DNA of 64,000 nucleotides from Octopus sinensis (lineage: Eukaryota). The translations under genes and the position numbers were made by a program. The stretch lies in assembly GCF_006345805.1 (NCBI RefSeq), contig NC_043020.1, positions 29,078,001-29,142,000 of the forward strand, in the 5' to 3' direction. The notes under the pieces are model-generated. The model was not told the origin of the DNA. It was given only the letters and a program-made list of their open reading frames with translations, and ran no database searches. Shown piece by piece: positions 53,540-64,000 of this stretch. Within the stretch, counting starts at the first letter, position 1. Each line of letters begins with the position of its first letter.

Positions 53540-55105
53540 CTTTGCTTCGTTATGATGCAAAAAGCAATTGAAAAGATAATAAGCGAAGGGATTCCAATCA
53601 CAAGACCAATTGCGACCGGCCAGATTATAACATCGGAGCTTTCCTCTTCAATTTTTTCTGTCATGGTTATTGGTTCACTTATTGCTGTACTGTTCACTAG
53701 TGAAGCATCTGTACTGTTCACCAATGAAGCATCTGTACTGTTCACTAGTGAAGCATCAGTACTGTTCACCAGTGAATCATCTGTACTGTTCACCAGTGAA
53801 GCTTCTGTACTGTTCACTAGTGAAGCTTCTGTACTGTTCACCAGTGAATCATCTGTACTGTTCACCAGTGAATCATCTGTACTGTTCACTGGTGAAGCTT
53901 CTGTACTGTTCTTCTCCAAATTATTTGGATAGTTCCCCGTTGGATCTGCTTTAGGGTTCACCTGTGAGTTATCTGTATCGGTTGGCATCGAAGTCATTGA
54001 TAAGCCATCGTCATCTGTTGTTGACATTGTTGTTTCTGTTGTTTCTGCTGCTGCTGCTGCTGATGTTGGTGCAGAGCTAGTAGTAGTAGTAGTAGTAGTG
54101 GTAGTGGTAGTGGTAGTAGTGGTAGTAGTTGGCTGGATATTTGCTGTGGTTGTGAGATGTTCAGTAGGTGAGTGTGTTGTACTCTCTGCTTCTGTAGTTG
54201 GTGTTGTTGTTGTTGGTGTTGTTGTTGTTGGTGTTGTTGTTGTTGGTGTTGTTGTTGGTGTTGTTGTTGTTGGTGTTGATTCTGTTGGCGTTGTTGTTGG
54301 CGTTGGTGCTGTTGTAGTTGTTGTTGTTGTTGTTGTTGGTGGTGTTGACGTTGATGTCGATGTTGCCTTAGTTACAGGAAGGCTTCCAGTGGACTCCGAT
54401 GCGTGCTTGTTGGCAAAAACTGTTGACGCGTTAATGAACACGGCTTCGTGAGTGAGCAGCTGCGATGTCAGACTTTTAGAAGACGTCTCCTGCGGCTGTG
54501 AGGTGGACGTCGAGGGTTGTATGGACTGGAACGGTGAGCTTGATGCGACCGGGGTGGTGGAAGAGGAAGGAAGTGGGGACGATGCTGACTTATTGGCCGC
54601 AGGGAAAACTATATCAGCCAATGACACTTTTCTCTCTGATGTGTTTGATGTTGATTCTGGTGTAGCTGCTGTCGCTGATGAAGGTGAGGGTGGTGATACT
54701 AAGGGTAGCGATGGCGAATCTGTGATTGTTGAAATGTTTTGTGGTGGCTCTGACATGTTATCTTTGGAGTTCTCACTGTCATTTTTACTCCCTGGCTGGG
54801 TATTCTTCGACAAATGTTCTTTGTTAATATTTTCTTTCTCTCCAGACGACCAATTTATGTCTGAAAGTTTCTTCTGAGTATCATTATTATTTGAAGAAGA
54901 ATCGGAAATTTTAGCTCTTTGGACATTTTCATCTATCATTTTCCAAATGGCCTTTTCTGAATAAGAAAATAAATCTCCCTGGACAATTGTCTTGGAGTCG
55001 TCTGGATTATTTTCAGGACAAGCATTCACTTCCTTTTCTAAGGCATTGGTGTCATTTTTGATGGACAAAGAATTTTTCCATAATTGTAAGAAGTGGATCG
55101 ACACA
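53540..55105 (-). CDS. Large exon of a type-I membrane mucin-like protein (S/T/P stalk, NST repeats, TM helix)
   Basis: 1566 nt open, phase 2-2, tttccag acceptor and gtgagc donor. Contains PTTT repeats and hydrophobic [27 protein letters not shown] (53552-53631) followed by TKQR. Confidence 0.88.
53686..53911 (-). repeat. Coding 24-bp minisatellite (SLVNST[D/E][A/D]) giving 10 NST sequons
   Basis: Visible in both DNA and translation. Confidence 0.95.
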
Positions 55106-55242
55106 CTGGAAATAGAAAAAAATACATCATTATCATCATCAGCATCACAAGAAGACATTTGCCCAACGTGCCATGCAATGGGACTGAACATGGAACCATG
55201 AAGTGGGAAGCAAGCTTCTTGCCACACAACCATGCCTATGCC

Positions 55243-55278
<36 letters not shown>

Positions 55279-55311
55279 ATATATATATATATAGATATAT
55301 ATATATACATA

Positions 55312-55342
<31 letters not shown>

Positions 55343-55349
55343 TTATATA

Positions 55350-55476
<127 letters not shown>

Positions 55477-56422
55477 ATATATATAATATATATATATATA
55501 TATGGCCCTGTGGTTAGGCAGTGGACTTGTGGTCGGAGGATTGCGGTTTCGATTCCCAGACCGGGCGTTGTGTGTGTTTATTGAGCGAAAACACCTAAAA
55601 GCTCCACGAGGCTCCGGCAGGGGGTGGTGGCAGCCCCTGTTGTACTCTTTCACCATAACTTTCTCTCACGCTCTCTTCCTGTTTCTTGAGTAACGCTGCG
55701 ATGGCCTGGCGTCCCGTCCAGCTGGGAGGAACACATACACCACAGAAACCGGGAAACCGGGCCCATGAGCCTGGCTAGGCTTGAAAAGGGCGATGTTTAT
55801 CCTTTATCGTTTTATATATATATAAAATTTCAATCACTGGTCACAATGCACTTCTCAACTTTTGTTATGGCTTCAAATGAAACCATCTCACAGGTTTCTG
55901 ACCAACATCACCCCTGAATGGAATAGAAGTCCATCACAGGGACAAGGTGACTCATTGACAGCTGAGTGGACTGGAGCAATGTGAAATGAAGTGTTTTGCT
56001 CATGAACACAGCACACCACCCGGTCTAGGAATTGAAACCTTGATCTTGAATGCAACACCCTAACCACAAGACCACAAGACCACTCACACACACACATTGT
56101 GAAGTCCACTTCGTTTTAGGCATTATTGCCAAGTCTTCTAGTTGAGGATTATTTCCTCTTTACCTCCCTGCAGTTTTGAGGATTCTGAAACGACTCTGGG
56201 ACACTGCTCTTCCTTCTCTCTCTCTCTCTCTCTGTCACACACTCTCTCTCTGTCACTCTCTCTCTCTCTGTCAATCTCTCCCTCTCTCTGTTACTCTCTC
56301 TCTCTGTTAATCTCTCTCTCTGTCACTCTCTCTCTCTCTCTCTGTTACTCTCTCTCTTTCTCTTGTGAAGACAATGTAAAAAAGATATTGAATCTTGCTG
56401 CCTGAAACAAATGTTTACTCAC

Positions 56423-56497
56423 CTGGATTTATGGTTCAGTTCCTGCAACTCATAATTATTGTTAGTTTCCATGGATTCATGTAGTTTAAATGCCAAT
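56423..56497 (-). CDS. Probable upstream exon of the mucin-like gene (short form; alternative acceptor at 56560)
   Basis: Strong donor gtgagt at 56422 (AG|T = Ser into the big exon). Acceptor gacttccag gives a phase 2-2 exon LAFKLHESMETNNNYELQELNHKS. Confidence 0.55.
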
Positions 56498-57047
56498 CTG
56501 GAAGTCACAGAAGAAGGTGATTCTCTATTCTTCAGGTGAATGGTTAATAACACCGTGGACTGGAAATATCAGAAAGAAGGAAAGATTGAAGATAACTAAG
56601 ATGGAAACAAACCAAGGAAATAATTGAGAGACAAAAATTAAGATCAAAGAGAGAAATCAGAAGAAAATCAAAGGTAGAAAGAATAGGATAATTGATATCA
56701 AAGTCAGCACCCGAAAAGAGATAATTAACTCTTCTCAAACCAACACACCTGAGGCTGTCCCTGGTTCTGTGGTACACACTTCATGTTTAAGGTGATCTAA
56801 ACTAAAACCTTTTATAAAAATTCCATGTTAATTTAGGCTTTAGACACCAGATTTAATTGTGACTTACAAATATAAATGAAGAGGGAGCATACAAAGACAA
56901 ACATTATTTTCCCTCTTTTTGTGAGTTTTGTTTCATTTTGTAAAAAAAAAAAATTATTTTATGGTTTATTATTGTTTACATTTTGAATTACACATATATG
57001 GGGGCACCAAAATCTTTTAAGTGCTTAGGGGCCCCTATGAGTCTTAA

Positions 57048-57268
57048 CCCTTTCGTTACTGTATTTATTTTGAGATGTTCTGTGTTTCTTTCAATTACTT
57101 TATATATAACAAAAAATTTAGTAAAATAACTTAGTGATCACTAAGCTTGTATTGGGAACATAAATTGTGACTAAGGTTTGGTGGAAGATTTTAATTGAAA
57201 CCTTAAGAAAACAAGACATTTGTACAACAGAGCCAGAGCCGGTTTCAGCCGGGTTGGTAACAAAAGGG
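57048..57268 (-). mobile_element. Solo piggyBac-type MITE with TTAA TSD (same family as the 2641-3746 array)
   Basis: TTAA at 57044-57047 and 57269-57272; CCCTTT termini. Confidence 0.88.
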
Positions 57269-57939
57269 TTAATCCAGCCCTGGGAGTGGCTCAGAGAATT
57301 CTACAAGGGCCCGGTCACAATTTGAAAGGTTCACTCAGTGTCACCTCACCAGCTTTTCATATTTTGGATTTTATAAAACTGAAAGGCAGGAAGGGCATCC
57401 AGCCGTAGAAACACTGCCAGATTTGACTGGGCCTGATGAAGCCTTCTGGCTTCACAGACCCCAGTAGAACCGTCCAACCCATGCTAGCATGGAAAACGGA
57501 CGCTAAACGATGATGATGATGATGATGATGAAAATAAAAACTTCCACTTACTTCCAATGGAACCGACACAATATTTTTGCTTGTAATGAATTTTGGATTA
57601 AATCTAATTGTCGTATCATTACATTCTGCTTCCGAAATCTCTTCACAAGAACTCCGTGTGAGGCTCCTGAAAATTTAAAACATCATTATTTGAGTAATTT
57701 ATTTTCTGTTATGGCAGTGAATCTGCAATATTTGAGAGTAATCAACATGGCTTACTTTGAGGAAATTCTAAACTGTTCCTAACTGTAAAGCATTGATTTT
57801 TAATTGTAGCTTACTGGAATATAATCACACACAGCACAAACTACTGCATTTATTCATGCATAAATTACACACTCATGTAAGGTATATATATATCAAGAAC
57901 AATTTTACTTAGAAATGGATGCGTGCGTTCCGTCATATG

Positions 57940-58153
57940 ATAAATTAATAAATAAATAAAACATATGCATATATACACACATATACGTACGTACCTACCT
58001 CTACATGTATATATACATGCATATATGGGTACAGGACACCGAGGTTTTTTTTGGTGTCCTGTACCCATATATGCATGTATATATACATGTAGAGGTAGGT
58101 ACGTACATATATGTATGTATATATGCATATGTTTTATTTATTTATTAATTTAT
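57940..58153. repeat. 101-bp-arm hairpin with 12-nt loop
   Basis: Arms 57940-58040 and 58053-58153, about 2 mismatches. Confidence 0.92.
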
Positions 58154-58186
<33 letters not shown>

Positions 58187-58412
58187 ATGGCAAAAATACA
58201 GATAGAGAAAATTATATCTTCAATTGTGAAATTCACCTCACAAATCCGACAATTGTTTCTATTGCGTCAACTTATTTAGATAAAGAAGACATCATTGAAA
58301 TTAAGATTATCAAAAAAATACATGTAAATATGTTTTTGAAGTAATCTAAAATTAGTTAAATTCTAAGTGAACTTAGAAAATATATCCATGCAGACAAAAA
58401 TAATTTTCTTAC

Positions 58413-58552
58413 TTGCTAAACCTATGTTTTATTTCCACATTGTAAGTTCGGTTGAATGGCCAAGAACAGAAGTCGTGGTTGTCAGCTGGTAGTGTGAGGC
58501 TGTTGAATCGGATTGCCAATGGATACATAGCAATGACCGGTACAAGGTGGAG
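58413..58552 (-). CDS. Probable upstream exon of the mucin-like gene (LHLVPVIAMY...HDFCSWPFNRTYNVEIKHRFS(K))
   Basis: Acceptor ttttttttccattccag and donor gtaaga; 140 nt, phase 0-2; the only frame open to that donor. Confidence 0.55.
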
Positions 58553-59085
58553 CTGGAATGGAAAAAAAAGGAAAATTATTATAAGATGGAAACAAACCAA
58601 GGAGATAATTGAGAGACAAACATTAAGATCAAAGAGAGAAATCAGAAGAAAATCAAAGAATGGACTGTTGTAGAAGGGTTCTGACCACCCCTCAAGTGAC
58701 TAAAAGGTGGACTGACTCATTGTTATGAAACAAAGAACTGTGAGTGATTGGCAGTTCATGTTGCTGGCAGTTCACTATGATCCTTTCATATAGAGCGTTG
58801 AGTCTCATGTAATGGTAATAGTAATGCATCATGTATGCATACTTTCTACCCCCCACTGCTTCATTATATTATATATCCAGTACTAGGATATAAAATTAAC
58901 TAACATACACAAAATACTCTTCCTGTAGTCTTTTTTTTCGACACAGTTTTTACTATTTTTAATTCAGTGTAAAGGTGATGTTTTTGGTTTTTGGTACATA
59001 GATCTGTGGTACTAAAAATGAACCTTAGCACCTGGGGAAACATAAAAATAGACTTGGATATTCAGAATTAGTGGAATGAATATCT

Positions 59086-59705
59086 TATTTTTTAACTACC
59101 CACAAGGGGCTAAACACAGAGAGGACAAACAAGGACAGACAAATGACAAATGGATTAAGTCGATTATATCGACCCCAGTGGATAACTGGTACTTATTTAA
59201 TCGACCCCGAAAGGCTGAAAGGCAAAGTCAACCTTGGCGGGATTTGAACTCAGAACGTAAAGACAGATGAAATACCTATTTCTTTACTACCCACAAGGGG
59301 CTAAACACAGAGAGGACAAACAAGGACAGACAAATGACAAATGGATTAAGTCGATTATATCGACCCCAGTGCATAACTGGTACTTATTTAATCGACCCCG
59401 AAAGGATGAAAGGCAAAGTCGACCTTGGCGGAATTTGAACTCAGAACGTAAAGACAGACGAAATACCTATTTCTTTACTACCCACAAGGGGCTAAACACA
59501 GAGAGGACAAACAAGGACAGACAAATGACAAATGGATTAAGTCGATTATATCGACCCCAGGGCATAACTGGTACTTATTTAATCGACCCCAAAAGGATGA
59601 AAGGCAAAGTCGACCTTGGCGGGATTTGAACTCAGAATGTAGCGTCAGACGAAATACCGCAAAGCATTTCGCCTGGAATGTTAAAGATTCTGCCAGCCCA
59701 GCACC
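59086..59705 (-). mobile_element. Family-M SINE trimer (191-bp period)
   Basis: Three bodies and one head. All units share a private GACAAAT duplication; junctions read GAAATACC|TATTTC. Confidence 0.9.
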
Positions 59706-60634
59706 TAATATCAAAATGCTTAAAATATTATTAATCAAATAATCTGTTTAATAACCTGTTAGCATTTTTATTTATTTAAAGATTAAATGTTTATGTTTTT
59801 TAATAGCAACACTTCCTTTTTTAATTTTAATTATGTTTTAATTTGTTTTAATTTTAATGATGTTGGTAAAGGGATTTTGAAAAGTCTACAAGCAGGAGTG
59901 GCTGTGTGGTAAGTAGCTTGCTAACCAACCACATGGTTCCGGGTTCATCCCACTGCGTGGCATCTTGGGCAAGTGTCTTCTGCTATAGCCCCGGGCCGAC
60001 CAATGCCTTGTGAGTGGATTTGGTAGACGGAAACTGAAAGAAGCCTGTCGTATATATGTATATATATATATATATGTGTGTGTGTTTGTGTGTCTGTGTT
60101 TGTCCCCCTAGCATTTGCTTGACAACCGATGCTGGTGTGTTTACGTCCCAGTGACTTAGTGGTTCGGCAAAAGAGACTGATAGAATAAGAACTGGGCTTA
60201 CAAAGAATAAGTCCCAGGGTCGATTTGCTCGACTAAAGGTGGTGCTCCAGCATGGCCGCAGTCAAATGACTGAAACAAGTAAAAGAGTAAAAGAGTAAAT
60301 GAAATAATAATCCTACTGCCACACTTCTATAAATGCATAACGAGTTGGTTGTGTTGCAGACAACCTTAATTGGAAGAATTACCAGGAAAATAAGCCAAAC
60401 GCTAAACAACAACAACAACAACAGCAACAGAAAAAGCACTGGTGATGGTGTCACGTAAAAAGCCCCCCCCCCCCCAGTACATTCTGTAAAGTGGTTGGGA
60501 TTAGGAAGGGCATCCAGCTGTAGAAACCCTGCCAAAACAGACAATTGGAGCCGTGGTGCAGGGTGCAAGTCCCTGGCCCTTACCAGCTCCTTCCAAACCA
60601 TCCAACCCATGCCAGCACGGAAAATGGTCGTTAA

Positions 60635-60704
60635 ATGATGATGACGGTGACGATGATGATGATGATGATGATGATGATGGTGGTGGTTGTGGTGGTGGTG
60701 GTGG

Positions 60705-60739
<35 letters not shown>

Positions 60740-61305
60740 TGATGGTGGTGGTTGTGGTGGTGGTGGTGGTGATGATGATGATGGTGATGGTGGTGGTGGT
60801 GGTGGTGGTGGGGTGGTGGGTGGTGGTGGTGGTGGTGGTGATGATGATGATGATGATGATGATGGTGGTGGTGGGTGGGTGTGGTGGTGATGATGATGAG
60901 ATGATGGATGATGATGATGATGATGGTGGGGGTTGTGGTGGTGGTGGTGGTGATGATGATGATGATGATGGTGATGGTGGTGGTGGTGGTGTGGTGGTGG
61001 TGGTGGTGGTGGTGGTGATGATGATGATGATGATGATGATGATGGTGGTGGTTGTGGTGGTTGTGGTGGTGGTGGTGGTGGTGGTGGTGGTGATGATGAT
61101 GATGATGTGATGATGATGATGATGATGATGATGATGGTGGTTGGTGGTGGTGGTGGTGGTGGTGGTGGTGGTGATGATGATGATGATGGTGATGGTGGTG
61201 GTGGTGGTGGTGGTGGGGTGGTGGTGGTGGTGGTGATGATGATGATGATGATGATGATGGTGGTGGTTGTGGTGGTTGTGGTGGTGGTGGTGGTGGTGGT
61301 GGTGG

Positions 61306-61337
<32 letters not shown>

Positions 61338-61412
61338 GTAATGGTGGTGGTGGTGGTGATGATTATGATGATGACGACGACGATGATGATGATGATGATA
61401 ATGATGATGATT
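60635..61412. repeat. (GAT)n/(GGT)n trinucleotide expansion seeded by a SINE tail
   Basis: Directly continues the GATGAT tail of the RTE-tail SINE at 60440-60640; contains duplicated higher-order blocks. Confidence 0.92.
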
Positions 61413-61669
61413 ATGAACCCACCCAACATAAGTGAACCGATGTTTACACTACATGACCGACTGGAAGAGACCTCCACGTATTGAATAATAAAAATGTCAA
61501 CAAAATATGTTGAATTCTTTCTTATTAGATAAAAAGAACTTTTGAAAATGGAGTTAAAAACTTGATCACAAAAGACTTCACAGAATTTGGAGGAAACGAT
61601 TTCTTTATTCTATTTGTCTTAGGACAAACATCAACAAAAAGGTGTGAACTTGCCACACTCGACCCTCCC

Positions 61670-61743
61670 TTTCCTTCTTTCTTTCTTTCCTCCCTTTCTT
61701 TCTTTCTTTCTTTCTTTCCTCCCTTTCTTTCTTTCTTTCCTCC

Positions 61744-61808
<65 letters not shown>

Positions 61809-61915
61809 TTCCTTCCTTCCTTCCTTTCTTTCTTTCTTTCTTTTTCCTCCCTTCCTCCTTTCCTTCCTTCCTTCCTTCCTTTCATTCTTTCTTTCTTCCT
61901 TCCTTTCTTTCTTTT
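61670..61915. repeat. (CTTT)n/(CCTT)n tetranucleotide tract
   Basis: Direct reading. Confidence 0.95.
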
Positions 61916-62997
61916 CATATACTGGTTCAAATACCCCAGCACTAAGTTTTCAAAGTCAGGTACTTATCCTATCCATCTCTTTCATTTTGATGGCATATAA
62001 AACACATATTGTCTTTCCAAAAATTATCCCAAAAGCACATCTTGGGCCCAACATGTGATGTTGGGCCTCCCATAAGCTATTACAACACTTTAACCCTTTT
62101 TCTAATTATATTTCTGTTAACATATGCTGCGTTTGTTAGAATAATAAATAATTTAGTAAAACAACTTTCATATACTCAGTGCATGTGGTTTGTTTGTTTG
62201 CTGGTATGCTGTGGGTGCAGTGCTTTGGAGACGACTCCCTCATAGCACAGTTGAAAATCATAGACAGGTGAGACAACTTGCCTCCAATCCCATTCAGGAG
62301 TGGTGGGTATAGATATTTCCCCGTTTTCGTGGCTCATCAATATCACGTGTCTGAATCGAACAAGGGACAACCTGAATCCTCAGTCTCAGGGGTTTGGCAA
62401 AAATTAGCATAAAATTTTGATGACAGATTATTCTTAAAAACCACTTTAAAACAGTAAGTTCATGCCATAGAACTTGGGGTAGTTGCAGGTGGGTTGGTAT
62501 CAAAAGGGTCAATAAACTAGAAGCTTTCTTCTTGAATACATTGGAGTGTGTGGAGGCACATGGTCTAGTGGTTAGAGCAGCGGACTTGTGGTCGAGGGAT
62601 CGTGGGTTCGAATCTCAGACCGGGTAATGTGTGTGTTTATGAGCAAAACACCTAAGCTTCACACGCAGCTCCGGCAGAAGGTAATGGTGAACTTCTGCTG
62701 ATTCTTTCACCACAACTCTCTCTTGCTCTTTCCTCTTGCATCTAGCAGCTCACCTGTGACAGACCGGTGTCCCATCCAGGTGGGGAACCTGTATATCAAT
62801 GAAACCAGTAAACTGGCCCTTATGAGCAAGGAATGGCTCAAGAAACAACAAACAACAGCAACACATTGGGGTGTACTTGATGTACCCATTCAACATTTAT
62901 GCCATAAAAAATGGTACATTGTTTTTCATCATTTCTCAGGTGTAGTTTGGGTTCTGCAGCATTTCATAATATCTCGAAGACATGGTTGCTTATACAC

Positions 62998-63121
62998 CTT
63001 CGCCTTAAAAGACATCACAGCCCTTTCTATAACAGAATCAAGTGTTTTGCATTTCAAGGTCGCAAATTGCCTTTTTGTGCAGGAGTAAAAATATACAGTT
63101 TGGTTATTTACATAGGGTAAC
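62998..63121 (-). CDS. Candidate further upstream exon of the mucin-like gene (LPYVNNQTVYFYSCTKRQFATLKCK...SFKAK)
   Basis: Good acceptor ctttatctctcaag, single open frame, weak donor gtgtat; phase 0 fits exon 58413-58552. Confidence 0.35.
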
Positions 63122-63434
63122 CTTGAGAGATAAAGAATATTGTGTGTGTGTATGCATGCACACGCACACACACAGATACACACGCGTGTGCACACACTCA
63201 CACACACATCAAACTTCATGCGATTAAATGAGAATCAGAAAAAACATTCTCTCTATACTATTGCTGTATGGGAAAAAAGGGAGAGAATTTCCCTATGGAC
63301 TGCTTCACAGATTGTCTCATATTTATATATATATATATATATATATATTGTACATACACACACACATATACATATATATATATAAATATATATATATTTA
63401 CATATATACATATGTACATACATATTCATACATA

Positions 63435-63465
<31 letters not shown>

Positions 63466-64000
63466 GTCGACTTCGGCGTAATTTGAACTGAAATGCTGTT
63501 AAACATTTTTGCCTGGCGTGTTTACCGATTCTTCCAGCTCATTGCTTTGAAGCGACAGAATATTTCTAAGTAATAATGGTGGTGATGGGGAAGATGGTAA
63601 AAACAAACAAACAAACAAACAATTACACGAAAATATTCCCATGTATTTTATATGGCGAAATATTCATCTTAATGTTAATTAAAAACATTTCTCAGGGTTA
63701 ATTATTCCATTGTATAACAATTAGCAAAAATCTGTCAGATTTCACATCTGATTGTTTTTTCCCACATCTTTCAAACGTATTTTTTATTTCTACCTGTTGC
63801 AACGACATGTTTCAATCCATTTACCTGCCATAAATTCCGTCTCATGTTACACTTTTTCCAATCACTGTTGTTACATCCTGTCACCTCTAATTACTAGTCC
63901 CCTTTCTCCAATCCCCCTTTATTAAACACTTTGTGATTGTTGTCTGGACATCAGATAACCCCTGAACAAGCAGTCTTATGTATGTATGTATGTATGTATG

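Noticed and set aside
59086-59705. CRISPR-like or satellite regular repeat
   Set aside because: Units are whole SINE bodies with no unique spacers; the context is eukaryotic.
61430-61470. Candidate micro-exon RSCSVNIGSLML
   Set aside because: Acceptor is plausible, but the donors are weak and the phase does not fit the neighbouring exons.
60233-61477. 414-aa poly-H/P/T/I ORF and overlapping + strand ORFs
   Set aside because: Stop-free trinucleotide repeat plus a SINE; open in several frames on both strands.
62160-62450. Cys-rich minus-strand frame interrupted by three close TGA codons (selenoprotein idea) or an extra mucin-gene exon
   Set aside because: No SECIS or homology evidence and no convincing donor/acceptor pair; the stops are best read as non-coding.

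Overview
AT-rich, SINE- and microsatellite-dense eukaryotic genomic DNA. The repeat families point to a coleoid cephalopod, most likely Octopus (inference). Three spliced protein-coding genes can be reconstructed by hand, and most of their exons are missing from or fragmented in the six-frame ORF track. (1) A minus-strand SEC14/CRAL-TRIO-domain gene of the Trio/DBS/SESTD1/puratrophin type (exons about 7.6 kb to 2.3 kb, probably continuing off the left edge). (2) A complete 9-exon JMJD6 (14636-36975, +, 421 aa), head-to-head with gene 1. (3) A minus-strand type-I membrane mucin-like gene (exons 48.4 kb to at least 58.5 kb, 5' end probably off the right edge), with a Thr/Ser stalk and ten tandem N-glycosylation sequons, convergent with JMJD6. 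The rest is transposon-derived: an RTE LINE RT fragment, a Dong/R4 fragment, a Tc1/mariner relic, non-autonomous Helitrons, piggyBac-type and other MITEs, and four SINE families. There is also an unusual number of inverted repeats, including a 740-bp inverted duplication with template-switch junctions, a SINE fold-back and several near-perfect palindromes. Most long ORFs in the track are microsatellite artefacts. I found no clear new multi-gene system. The best leads are the mucin gene with possible mutually exclusive exons, the GGTATTT-linked SINE multimers, and the dsRNA-forming inversions.
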